Below the pieces are notes generated by a model that had not been told where the DNA came from, ran no database searches, and saw only the letters and a program-made list of their open reading frames with translations. Shown here one piece after another: positions 38,583-51,250 of a stretch of DNA of 64,000 bases. Position 1 is the first letter of the stretch; every line of letters begins with the position of its first letter. The stretch lies in assembly GCF_018350175.1 (NCBI RefSeq), contig NC_058368.1, forward strand, positions 166,286,001 through 166,350,000, read 5' to 3'. Position numbers and translations under genes: made by a program. The DNA comes from Felis catus (taxonomy: Eukaryota).

Positions 38583-39519
38583 AATTAGCCTTGTGAAATG
38601 CCAAATGCCATAAATTCTAAGTATATCTAATTCACTGTTTTATAATCAATGTAAAGCATAGAAAACCACGTAATACAAATGGAAGAGTGCTTGGCAGTAT
38701 GATAATGTCATTTTATAGAGGACCTGTATTTATATATGGAATATTGATACATTGAATTTATTTATATTCCATCCTGATACCTCACAGAAATAACAGTGGA
38801 ACTACTGAAATGTTATAAAACCACAAAGACCATGAGAACAGACAACTGTTGACCAGAAATTAGACAAATGAAGGACACATGGTAACCTATATTTCACACT
38901 GAAGAACATCTAAGTCTAACCAACTGTGGCAGGGTAAAAATACAGGAATTCTAATAACTAAGACCATTAAGCTCACAGAATCTCAGACATCCTTGGGAAT
39001 TTGAGGTTCCTGGTATTGCCGAAGGCCAGGATGTAGGGACTGCTTTAACATAGGAAGATTAGTTAGAAGTTTAAGTCAGAGGTTAGGTTACCCCTCCCAG
39101 ATATGTGGGCAGGAAACTGGCCCCTCTCATTCCATCGGAGATGGAAAGCAGAACAGAGCATGGAGATTGGGAGAATTTTGGAAAGATTTGGTGAAAATTG
39201 AAATACTGAGTGGTGAGAACCTCAGCCCAATAAATTCTAAGAACCAGTCTAAAACTGATCCATCCTTTCCCATATCAAGTCTCATGGAGGTAGGAGATTG
39301 CAGGACTCCTCTCTGTCTAAAGTGACATAAGAGAGGATATGAGAAACAAATGACATTTGGTTGCTTCCCAGTGAAAAAGCCTGATCTCCTATGATATAGC
39401 CCCATCAGTGGGAAAGCCCTGAATGAGCTCTAAACTTCCAGTGACTTATCCCTGTATGTGATTGTTAGAATACTGAATTTAGTCAACTTCTTTATTATCT
39501 ATTAGCACACTAAAAAAAT

Positions 39520-41703
39520 AAAAGCTCTCAGTTTTTCCCCATTGAGGATGATATTAGATGTGGGCCTTTCATACACGACATGGATGTCCACTCTCATCAC
39601 TGTTTTTCAGTATAGTACTGGAAGTCCTAGCCTCAGGAATCAGACAACAAAAAGAAATAAAAGGCATCCAAATCAGCAAGGAAGAAGTCAAACCCTCACT
39701 CTTTGCAGATGACATGATATTCTACATGGAAAACCGTAAAGATCACCAAAAAACTGCCAGAGCTGATACATGAATTCAGCAAAGTCACAGGATATAAAAC
39801 CAATGTACAGAAATTGGTTGCATTTCTATATACCAATAATGAAGCAGCAGAAAAAAGATATAAAGAATTGATCCCATTTACAATTGCACCAAAAAACATA
39901 GGATACCTGGGAATAAGCCTCACCAAAGAGGTCTGGCTTAAAGATCTGTACATTGAAAACTATAGAAAGCTTGTAAAATAAATTGAAGACACAAAGAAAT
40001 GAAAAAAACATTCCATGCTCATGGATTGGAAGAACAGATATTGTTACAATGTCGATATTACCAAATGCAAGCTACACATTCAATGCAATCTCTATCAAAA
40101 TAACACCAGCATTCTTCACAGAGCTAGAACAAACAATCCTAAAATTTGTATAACGTCAGAAAAGTCACCGGATAGCCTAAGCAATTCTGAAAAAGAAAAC
40201 CAAAGCTGGAGGCATCACAATTCTGAACTTTAAGTTATATTACAAAGCTATAATCATCAAGACAATCTGGGACAGGCACAAAAAGACACACAGATCAATG
40301 GAACAGAATGAGAACCTAGAAGTGGATGCACAAATATATGGCCAACTAATCTTCAATAAAGCAGGAAAGAGTATCCAGTGGAAAAAAGACAGTCTCTTTA
40401 GCAAATGGTGCTGGGAGAACTGGAAAGCAACATGCAGAAGAATGAAACTGGACTACTTTCTTACACCATACACAAAAACAAATTCAAAGTAGATGAAAGA
40501 CCTAAATGTGAGATAGGAAACCGTCGAAATCTTACAGGAGAGAATAGGCAGCAACATCTTTGACCTCGGCCACAGTAGCTTGTTACTTGACATGTCTCCA
40601 GAGGCAAGGGAAATAAAAACAAAAATGAACTATTGGGAATTCATCAAAATAAAAAGCCTCTGCACACTGAAGGAAAGAAATGAAAAATCTAAAAGGCAAC
40701 TGATGGAATAGGAGAAGATATTTGCAAGTGAAATATCGAATAAAGGGTTAGTATCCAAAATCTATAAAGAACTTACCAAATTCAGCACCCATAAAACACA
40801 TCATCCAGTGAAGAAATGGGCAGAAGAAATGAATTGACACTTTTCCAAAGAAGACATCCAAATGGCTAGCAGCCACATGAAAAGATGCTCAACATCACTC
40901 ATCATCAGGGAAATGCAAATCAAAACCACAATGAGATACCACTTCACACCTGTCAGAGTGGCTAAAATGAACAACTTAGGAAACAAGAGATGTGGGTGAG
41001 GATGTGGAGAAAGGGGAACCCTTTTGCACTGCTGGTGGGAATGCAAACTGGTGCAGCCACTCTGGAAAACAGTATGGAGGTTCCTCAAAAAATTAAAAAT
41101 AAAACTACTCTACGACCTAGCAATGACACCACTAGGTATTTATTTGAAAGATACAAAAATGCTGATTTGAAGGGGCACATGAACCCCAAAGTTTACAGCA
41201 GCACTATCCATGAGCCCACATGTCCATTGACTGATGAATGGATAAAGAAGATGTGGTTTATATATGCATTGTAATACTACTTGGAGATGAAAAAGAACAA
41301 AATCTTGCCATTTGCAACAACATGGATGGAACTAGAGGGTATTATGCTAAGCAAAATAAGTCAGAAATAGATATCATATGATTTCATTCATATGTGGAAT
41401 TTGAGAAACGCTACAGATGAACATAGGGGAAGGGAAGGAAAAATAAGATAAAAACAGAGGGGGAGACGAAACATAAGAGACTCAAATACTGAGAACAAAT
41501 TAAGCATTGCTGGAAGGGAGGTGGGTGGGGTAATGGGTTAAATGGGTGATGGTTGGGATGAGCACTAGGTTTTGCATGTAAGAGATGAATCACTTGGGTT
41601 CTACTCCTGAAGCCAAGACTACACTGTATGTTTACTAACTTTAAGTAAAAAAGAAACAACAACAACAAAAAACAAAAACAAAAAAAGCAAAAACAAAAGA
41701 AAC
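39520..41703 (+). mobile_element. 5'-truncated LINE-1 with 5' inversion
   Basis: 39520-39573 is antisense ORF2 ([18 protein letters not shown]); from 39574 sense degenerate ORF2 (GCPLS, FADD, WKKDSLFSKWCWENW), 3'UTR and A/C-rich tail. Confidence 0.94.
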
Positions 41704-41877
41704 CTTAATGTGAAAAAATTAACAATAAATCTCAGGGATGAGACATACAATATCCAATAAACACAGAGTGAAATACAAACAGTTGACAACTCCCATTTCA
41801 TACTAAGTATTGAAAATATATAGTTTGCTATTATGTGCAATAATTAGGTGAATTGAGGCAGGCGTGATTCATAGAGA

Positions 41878-41998
41878 TAACTATGTAGGTATTATATTGG
41901 TCTTTAAACAAAGACCAATTTATATTAACTATGTAGGTATTATAGGTATGTAGGTATTATATTGGTCTTTAAACAACCATATTGGTCTTTAAACAAAG
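41878..41998. repeat. Complex local micro-duplication cluster with hairpin
   Basis: tatgtaggtattata x3, atattggtctttaaacaa x3, inverted copy aaagaccaat. Confidence 0.92.
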
Positions 41999-42664
41999 CT
42001 TTGAGATTAAAAAGCTGTTTTAGTTGTTGCCATTTTTGCAATTTTAATATTTAGCTCATATCCATAGCAAGAGAGTACAGACTGCATTATATTCTATTTT
42101 CATTAAAAAATACAAAACAGTTAACATTCCTTTTTTAGGCAGTATACAAAAGAAAATGAATGATTATTAGTGGCATAGTCTCTCAGGTAATTCTTCTATA
42201 AATTCTTCTAATTTGGAAAGAGAATTAAAGGTGAGCAATCTGATAAGGCAATATTCTGCTCTTCAAATAGAGATTTCTATCAGTCTACTCAATTAATCAG
42301 ATATGGTTGAAAAGTATTTTCAGTAGTTAACAAAGATTGGCCTATACTCTATCAGCATTATGAGAATAGAATTGGAATGAATGCTTTTTTGAATTTAGAT
42401 CCATTTGCACTCCACATTAATAATGCCTTCAGTTGACTGAAACCAGCCAAAAAAATCTGCAATTAAGTGTCATTAGTTGAATTCACTCAAACTGGATCTT
42501 TGAAGAGTCTTTTCCAAGATATTAGGTTTCACTGAGTATACCATAATATTCTGGTGTTTAATGTTCAAGTCTTAAATTACCCCGCCAGGTTAAATGCAGT
42601 GGATTTGGTAGTTGGTGTTACTTATTATGTCACAATTTTTAAAGAAACAAATGAAAGTTTATAT

Positions 42665-43130
42665 AAGTTATGGTGACTTAGGCTACAAGTAACAGAAGAA
42701 TTTAGCCTAGATTGGCTAAAAAGGAAGAAAATATGAAATATCCCAAAAAGTTTATTTAATTCAGGTTGGCTCCCATCAGAGTTGGATGATGGTCGCTGCA
42801 ATTCCAGGCATCTCGTCTGACAACACAATATGCAGACGGAGAAAAGAAACTATGTCTTCCAGTTTTTCTATAGACCGTCCAGTAGACCTATCATTGTGTA
42901 TCAATACCCCCAGATTTGTTATATGCTCAACCTTTAATCAATTACTGTAAAGAGAAATCATATCATCACAATAGGCTCAGCTTTATAAGATTTACCCCTT
43001 AGCCGGACATGGAGTCACTTAGGGATGTAAAACTGAACAAATTGTAATTTTGTTTGCTATGAAGTGAGGGATGATGTTGCATCATTAAGCTACAGTGTTT
43101 TACAGAAACTATAGAAGAGATAAAAACAAA
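42665..43130 (-). mobile_element. Possible ancient MaLR LTR relic (MLT1K/L-like)
   Basis: 'ggctacaagtaacagaa' and 'gatggtcgctgcaattccaggcatc' resemble old MLT1; heavily decayed. Confidence 0.35.
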
Positions 43131-43310
43131 CAGACAAAAAAAAGTCAGCAAATAGTCTCTAACACACACAAATACCTGTATGTACATACACGTGTACACA
43201 CCTACTCTCTCACACAAAACGGCTCAAGATCAACCTGATTTAAAATAAAGTTATACAATACTTAATGAATTTCTTTAGGAATTAACTGATAAGGAATCAT
43301 GATTTACATT

Positions 43311-43713
43311 TGTATCAGTCACTGCCTCCAGGGAAACAGAACAATAGAACACCCACAGACACACATAAACAATTTTTTTTCAAAGAACTGGCTTACACAA
43401 TCATGGGGCCAGTTTGAAGTCTATAGAGGAGTTCTTCAGGCTAAAAACTCTCAGTCAGGGGTTAAAGCTGCCTGGGGTCTTGAGGGAGAATTTCTTGTTT
43501 CTCAGGAAAACCTCAGTTTTGCTCTAAAAACTTTTGAGTAACTGGATGGGGCCCACCCACATTATTGAGGATAATCTCCTTTCCTTAAAGTTAGGTTATT
43601 GTGGATGTTAACCACAACTGCAGAATACCTCACAGCAATATTAAGATGAGTGTTTAATTGATTAACTGGGCAGCACAGCCTACCCAAGTTGACACATAAA
43701 ATTAACCATCATA
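43311..43713 (-). mobile_element. ERVL solo LTR (MLT2C/D-like)
   Basis: Minus strand starts tatgatggttaattttatgtgtcaacttgg (MLT2 start); other terminus reads tgtatcagtc on +. Confidence 0.85.
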
Positions 43714-43854
43714 GTTTTTTTTTTTTTATCCCATCACTTTTATTTTATTTTAAACACCAGAAAAAATGTTCATTTCTTTATTTGCATGCTTAGCCTCCTC
43801 AGATAGCTTAACATAGATAGTGGAAGTGTCTCTTCACTCTGTGCTGTATTTACT

Positions 43855-44712
43855 TATTTATTTATGTTAAAAATGTGAGTATAGTTGACACACAGTGTTA
43901 CATTTGTTTCAGGTGTACAACATAGTGATTCAGTAAGTTTATTCATTATGTTGTGCTTCCCACAAGAGAAGCTACCATCTGTAGCCACACAATGCTATTA
44001 CAATATCATTGACTATATTCCTTATGCGGTACTTTGTATTCCCATGATTTATTCATTCCATAACTGGAGGCCTGTATCCCCCACTACCCTTCACCTGTTT
44101 TGCCATCCTCCGCAGCCATCAGTTTCTTCTCTGTATTTATAGGTCTGTTTCTGCTTTTTGTTTGTTCATTTGTTTTGGTTTTTAAATATAAGTGAAATCA
44201 TATGATATTTGTCTTTCTCTGTCTGACTTATTTCACTTAGCATAATACCCTGTATGTATGTACATCAAATGGCAAGGACTCGTCTTTTTTATGGTTGAGT
44301 AACAGTCCGTGTGTGTGTGTGTGTGTGTGTTTGCGTGTGTGTGTGTGTGTGTGTATAATACCTCCTCTGTTCATTTTTCTATCTATGCACACGAGGGTTG
44401 CTTTTTGTATGTTGGCTATTTTAAGTAATGCTACAATAAAATAAGGGAGTATACATCTTTTCAAATTTGTGTTTTCATTTTATTTGAGTAAATACCCAAT
44501 AGTGGAATTATTGGGTCATATGGTATTTCTGTTTTTAATTTTTTGAGGAATCTCCATACTGTTTTCCCCAATTTACATTCCTACCTCTGAGTGCAAGTGT
44601 TCCTTTTGCTCTGCATCCTTGACAACACTTGTTATTTCAGGTCTTTTTGATTCTAGCCATTCTGATAGGTATAATACAGTGACCCTCATTATGGTTTTGT
44701 TTTACATTTCCC
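43855..44712 (-). mobile_element. Older L1 3' fragment (L1MA/carnivore-type) with internal (GT)n
   Basis: 'tttcaggtgtacaacatagtgattc', 'gtctgacttatttcacttagcataata', 'ttttttgaggaatctccatactgtttt'. Confidence 0.85.
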
Positions 44713-45375
44713 ATCACAGCTATGTTTTAAGAATGGCTTTGATTTGATTTTCAATTGATCACAGAATGCTAATTAGGTAATATATAAGGAAATGCCATTA
44801 CATTAAAAATCATTTTAGTAATATATATCTATATTCTATTGAGAAATTATTAATGGTAAGTGACTATATTTTAAAACTTTTAATTATGAAATGTTTCATA
44901 CATACAGGAGATAATATACTAGGTACCTATGTACTTACCATCTACATTTTAAAAATTTCAGTATTTTGTTATAATTGAAAATTCAAATAATTTTATTATA
45001 CTTCTTATTATCAAAGACATGGAGAATTATAGATAAAACCTACTCCACACATTCCTTCATCCAGGCCTAGAGGAAACCATTATATCTAGGTTGGTATATA
45101 TAATTCATTTGCATGATTTATATATCATGTAGATTATCACTTATACATAACCACATTTAAAGGATGGTAGGGTGTGTTTTAATTTAATATGGCATCATAG
45201 TGTAAGTATTTTCTTGCAATATTTTAAAATCAGCATTAACTTTCCCCGAATGTATTCTGGTTAATACACTTAACTTTAAATTTGGTTTATTAACTTTAAT
45301 GACTAGACGGTATTTCAATGTACCACTGCTGAAGACTTTATTTCTATGATTCACTTTTTAAATGTTTTTATTTTT

Positions 45376-45597
45376 TTATTTAAAAAATTTTTAATGTTTT
45401 GTTCATTTTTGAGAGAGAGAGAGAGACCAAGCATGAGCAAGGGAGGGGCAGAGAGAGAGGGAGACAAAATCTGAAGCAGGTTCCAGGCTCTGAGCCATTA
45501 GCACAAAGTCCGACAGGGAACTTGAACCCATGAACTGTGAGATCATGACCTGAGTTGAAGGTAGACAACTTAACTGACTGAGCCACCCAGGCACCCC
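45376..45597 (-). mobile_element. Can-SINE inserted in the tail of the next SINE
   Basis: Lies inside the outer TSD tat(g/a)attcacttttt at 45345-45359 and 45807-45821. Confidence 0.9.
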
Positions 45598-45806
45598 TAA
45601 TTTTTTTTAATGTTTATTTATTTTTGAGAGAGAGAAAGATTGTGAGTAGGGGAGGGGCAGAGAGAAAGGGAGACACAGAATACAAAGCAGGCTCCAAGAT
45701 CAGAGCTGTAAGCACAGAGCCTACTCAGGGCTCCAACCCATGAACCGTGAGATCATGACCTGAGCTGAAGTTGGACACTTAGCCAACCGAGCCACCCAGG
45801 TGCCCC
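45598..45806 (-). mobile_element. Can-SINE
   Basis: Full body ending gccacccaggtgcccc. Confidence 0.92.
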
Positions 45807-46368
45807 TATAATTCACTTTTTCTGAAGCTTCCAATTTATCAATTGTCCACAGGAATTACAGGCATCCTTTAGCACATATTAGACTGTGTTAGTCAAAGTG
45901 TGGTTCTCAGGTTTGCACAAACTGCATAACCCTGGAAACACAACTTTACATAAAAATGATTTATATTTCATATGTAAATAATTCTGTTTTCACATATATA
46001 TTAATAATCCACTTTTATGAACTGCTTATATTTATTTCCAATTTTTAATTAGATTGTTTAGCTTCATAAGGAATATAGGAGACACCGATATTTTAAACTC
46101 CTGTAGTTGACTGATAACTCCTCTATTGTGTTTTAAATGTTTTAAGGTTTTTCTTTTCACATTTATTTCATTAATTCATGTGAAATTTGTTCTGGAATAC
46201 TATGTAAAATAGGAACCATTTACATGGTTCCAATGCAAAGGTACCAATGATATTTATTGACTATGTATGCATTACACCCAATCCTTATAAAATCACAATA
46301 ATACTTCTCTCATATATCAAGTTTTAAAGGATTTTGATCTCCTTCTGAGCTCTCGGTTTATTCAATTC

Positions 46369-46435
46369 TTTTTTTTTCTTTAAAGTTTATTTACTTATTT
46401 TGAGAGAGAGAGGGTGAGCAGGAGAGGGACAGAGA
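46369..46435 (-). mobile_element. Can-SINE tail-only fragment
   Basis: T tail + tattttgagagagagagggtgagcaggagagggacagaga, then abrupt end. Confidence 0.8.
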
Positions 46436-46505
46436 TTTGCAGTGGTCTGTAACAGAATGCACAATATTTCCAAGAAACCCACAATATCTCAGAGGTATGC
46501 CTATA
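46436..46505 (+). mobile_element. Tigger1-like terminal fragment (TcMar DNA transposon)
   Basis: ttgcagtggtctgtaacagaa...cccacaatatctcagaggtatgcctata resembles the Tigger1 terminus (recalled TTGCGGTGGTCTGGAACCGAACCCGCAATATCTCCGAGGTATGCCTG) plus TA. Confidence 0.7.
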
Positions 46506-47738
46506 TCCAAGGTATAAAAATACAATCCATTTCACAATGTATATGTATATCAAATTACCATGATGTACATTTTAAGTATCTAACAATTTTATATGTGAAT
46601 TATATTCCAACAGAGCCATAAAAACATTTGAAGGAACATAAATATTCATTCTATAACACTAATGTTTCTTTTTCATTCATAATAACTTCAACTCAAATTT
46701 ATCTTTGTCACATATGCCTACTTTTTTCTCCCCCATAAGCTATCTTTTGGCTTTGTTAAACCTCTCTAATATGTTCTTATTTTCTACTTAGTTATTTTCT
46801 ACTCTAATTGCTATAAATTATTTCAACCCACTTTTCTTCATCTTTTGTTTCTCCCTCTGGGTTTTACCCCCCATTCTTTTCTTCTTCCCTATTTCATGAT
46901 TCATAGTCTTGGGTCATTATTTTTTTTTTCAAATTTTGCATTTAGTACTATAAATGCCCCTGTGTGCTGCTTTTGATGCATCTCACATTATATACATCTA
47001 TAGATAGATATAGATGATATAGATATAGATACATTAATGTGCAGATCTAAATAATTCTATTTTTAATCATAAGTTATTCTTTCACTAATACATTACAGAT
47101 CACAATTAAAAAAATTTCAATTGTATGAGTTTTGTTTCTTCTTAATGTCTAAAAGCATGTTCTTGTATTCATACAACATTTTCTGTATTTTCTGTTGTTA
47201 ATTCTTTATTTTATGAGTCATATCACTAAGTGTTTCCGGTGTACTTTAAAAGAATATATAGTCTCTAATTGGTGAATAGGGTTCTGTATGTTCATTAAAC
47301 CAAATGTATTATCTGTCCTTTACAATACTGTATTTCTGCCTTTTTACCAACGAAATTCTTGAAAAAAAACTCAAAATCTTTGTCAATTAATTTCTTGTTT
47401 TCATTATATATGTAACATTCTCAGATTAAAAATTCTTCCTGAAGAATTATTTGTCATTTTTAATTGATTCATTAATGTTTTTATAGTATACTATGTGACT
47501 TTTTAAAAGAGTGCTACAGTAGTAAAATAAATATTAAAAAGTAACAATAATCTTAGTATCTATAATTTTTCTCAAAAGACTGTAACTGACATTAATATTT
47601 ATATATGTTTTATTAAATTAGTTTATATTTCAATCCCTATACCTTCAATATTTCTGAGACGTATTTTAGTCATATTTGAAACTTCGTATTTTAAGTTTTT
47701 GCTCTATTTGAATATTTTTGTAGTGTAAACAATTTCTT

Positions 47739-47767
47739 TTTTAAAATTTTTTTAATGTTTATTTATT

Positions 47768-47806
<39 letters not shown>

Positions 47807-47964
47807 AGGGAAGGGACAGAGAGAGGGAATCACAGAATTCAAAGCAGGCTCCAGGCTCTGAGCTGTTAGCACAGAGCCTGACATGGGGCTCGAGCTCACT
47901 AACCATGAGACCATGACCTGAGCCAAAGTTGGACCCTTAACCGACTGAGCCACCCAGGTGCCCT
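47739..47964 (-). mobile_element. Can-SINE
   Basis: TSD taaaca(a/g)tttctt at 47726-47738 and 47965-47977. Confidence 0.94.
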
Positions 47965-48689
47965 TAAACAGTTTCTTATCATTATTGATGCATTTGTATT
48001 TTTTCTCACTATCTAATTTTGTGTACTATGTGTTATGTTTTTACTTTAGTTTCTATATCCATTTATTGCTTTTTCTTGGAGTGACCATGTCCCTCTTTAT
48101 TCCTTAAGTTTATATTCTAATCTGATCTTAAAAGTTTAACCCTATTTTTCTAACATGGGTACCTACAACATCGCAAATTCTAAATGTGATCAGCAAGTGT
48201 ATTCTGTTGCCAAAATTAGTCTTTAAAACATTTTAAACTACCTTCCATATACATTTTACATTACTTTAATGTATTCTTTTAGTTATATTTTGTTTGTCAC
48301 TCCCCGCAACTAGTCACTAATGCTTATTTGGTTTTGCCTATATTTATCGTTCTTAATTAAATTATTGTTAATTTGTAGATATTTTCCCCCTTCCCTTTGT
48401 GATTTTTTTCCCTTCACTCTGATGTTGCATTTAGGATATCTTTTTTTTCTTCCCTTCCCCGCCGCAGCCGGAGTTTCACTATACTTTGTAGATTTGGATT
48501 TTTTATCGTATCATTCAATGTGCTTTTTTGATCTAAATGCTAATATCTCTCTGTATCTTTGGAAAATTCTCAGCTAAGTTATCATTTTACATACCCCTTA
48601 ATTCTTAGATATATACAAATAAATGGCAAGAATTTTCGTTTGGAATTTTTAAAAATCAGCTGTATTCAGTAGACAGTGATGGTTGTGGC

Positions 48690-49290
48690 TCAGTATACAG
48701 TATTGGTTCCTTTATTCTTCCTTACCAAAAACATGCCTATTTTTAGATTGTGATATTGCATCCAACTAAAAATACTTGTCTCCACAGAGTACCTTTCTAT
48801 TGAAAGTTGCCATTTGATGACGTTATTCTGGCCAAAGTAAAATAAATAGACAGTTGGGTGTTCCAAGAAAGTTCATTAAAAGGGATAAAGACTTATAGTT
48901 TATGATACTGTTTTGTACACTTAGAAATTTGTTAAGAAAAATAAGTCTCATGTTATGTATGTGTGTCTTTACTGCAGTGAAATAAAAAGAGGATAGATAA
49001 GTTAATTATTTTTTTCTGTTGACTATTATCTGCTCTTCCTTACAAACAAAAACTTAGGAAGTAAAGAAAAAGCTATGTAGTAAAAGAAAAGAAATAGGAA
49101 ACAAGAAGGCACCTATGTCCTTGATTAGTTACTTAGACAACTCTATTTATCCTTTCATTTTACCTCCAGATTTTCTGTTTGTGCAAATAAATAAATAAAA
49201 CTCCTATTTCATTAAGCCACTAAAATGTGATTGTGTGTTTATAGGTTAATTAGGGAGCCACATTCAATCCAAATTTAATCCTAACAAGGC
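48690..49290 (+). mobile_element. Possible ancient MaLR LTR relic
   Basis: 'ttctggccaaag' and 'tacctccaga...aaataaaactcctatttcattaagccact...aatcctaac' resemble an old MLT1 3' end. Confidence 0.4.
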
Positions 49291-49342
49291 AGCTAGTCAA
49301 CAGAAGATATCTTGAATTTGTATTTTTTTTGACGTTGGTTTT

Positions 49343-49548
49343 TTATTTTTTAACATATATTCAGTTTTGAGAGACAGAGAGAGACAGAGTGCAAGTGGGG
49401 GAAGGGGCCGAGAGAGACAGAGACACAGAATCCGAAGCATGATCCAGGCTCTGAGCTGTCAGAACAGAGTCCAACATGGGGTTCAAACTCATGGACCTGA
49501 GCCGAAGTTGGAAGCTTCGGCTTCCAACAGGAATGAGCCAGGTGCCCC
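49343..49548 (-). mobile_element. Can-SINE with rearranged head
   Basis: TSD acgttggtttt at 49332-49342 and 49549-49559. Confidence 0.92.
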
Positions 49549-51028
49549 ACGTTGGTTTTCTAAAAAGTAAATAATATAGATTTGAATGGGAAGACATTAG
49601 TGGAACTCACATATGAGAGCAGCTGATGACCTTCATTCCATAGCTCAGAAAAGAAAATGAGTAGATTATTTTCAGGGTAGAAAAGATGAACATGACTTGC
49701 TTTTGCCTACTTTTCTTTATTCCCACAATCACTGCCAATGTAACTGCACTTTTAGTTCCTAGTCTGCAATAGAAGTCAATAATAAACTTTATTTATATTG
49801 TACTTAAAATTTCAACTAACTACTCCAAAAATTTTAATTTTAATTTTCTTAAATGATTTAACTACCTAAATACCTAACTATACACAAATCATCATAGTTT
49901 GGATAATCTAGTGAATGATTCAGTGATATTCCATCAATTTTAGTCCATAATAGGACTAGTTCGCATTTTACAAGTTTCCAGTTATTTTATGCTATAAATT
50001 TATATAAATTTTAAATTTGTCTTTTCATAAGATTCAAACATATACAATTCTCTCTCTTTGAGTATCCATGTAAGAAAATTTCTGTTGTTAAGGTCCAAGG
50101 TTCTGTCCTAAAACTGAAACCTTAAATCCGGAGGGATTTTTTAGTTTGGGGTTGAAAACAGAGATAAAGAGGGCCAAGTATAATGTGAATAGTTTCCAAA
50201 ACCCTGAACTATTCAGTGAACCTATAAACTTAACATTTTGCTCTCTCTTGATAGTCAGGGCTGTGTTGAGACCAATTTTTGTGGTTTCGTTTGGGTTTAG
50301 TGTCTAATTCTTCTGCCAGTTGGTAAGAATGAAAAAATGAACTAAACCCTAGAGAAGTTTCCAAACCCACAGAGCTCAGCAAAGGGTAGGAATTTTATTC
50401 TGAGCTTCAGGTTTCCTAGGGTTTGAAAAGAAAGGAAACCAAAGTCAAAATGCAGTGGACATGACATTTGTGAACAAAAACCAATACAAAGTTTGTTTTA
50501 ACTGTTTTAGCGTTGTTGGAGCCACTGTCATCCTTCCATGCAGGGGAGTCTTACTTTCTTCTGTTTTATCTGCTCTTCACAGGAATCAAAGAATATGATG
50601 CTTCATTTAGCCATTCTTAAGATCCAACTTTTTTAAAACAAAGATTCCTTTAGCTTGAGCCCATGTTTATTCATCAAAATTTCCCTAAACGTTGTTAGTT
50701 TTCTATAAACAAACTCCTATTTTTCTCTCTCCTATTTTTTCCTCTCTCTCCCCCCTTTTCTCTATTATTTAAAATTGCTAAGTAACAAATAATTTCATGA
50801 AACATTGTTCTCTGTTAGTTTTCCAAGGAATTAACACCTTATTTTAAAATAGAGTGAGAAAGCGTAATATTTACTTAATGCAAATAAAGACCTAAACCAA
50901 ATTCATGTAATTTTGGTACATAAATTTCATATTTGTTCATTTTGTAGAAGACATTATCATGGCCTCCTTTCTCTTCAACTTCTTGGTAGTCTTGATGACA
51001 TTTATTTTAATTTAAATTAGGGAAGAGA

Positions 51029-51250
51029 GGGGCACCTGGGTGACTCAGTCAGTTAAAGGGCCAACTTTGGCTCAGGTCATGAACTCACGGTTCATGGGTT
51101 CGAGTCCCATGTTGGGCTCTGTGCTGACAGCTCAGAGCCTGGAGCTTGCTTTGGATTCTGTGTCTCCCTCTCTTTCTGCCCCTTCCTGCTTGCACTCTGT
51201 CTGTCTGTCTCTCTCTCTTAAAAATAAAATAAACATTAAAAAATAAATAC
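51029..51250 (+). mobile_element. Can-SINE
   Basis: TSD aatta(g/a)ggaaga at 51015-51026 and 51251-51262. Confidence 0.92.

Noticed and set aside
50256..50380. Short inverted motifs gggtttagt / actaaaccc after cagggctgtg, a possible ancient palindromic transposon or telomere-like relic
   Set aside because: Only a 9-bp match, with no clear termini, TSD or tandem TTAGGG array.
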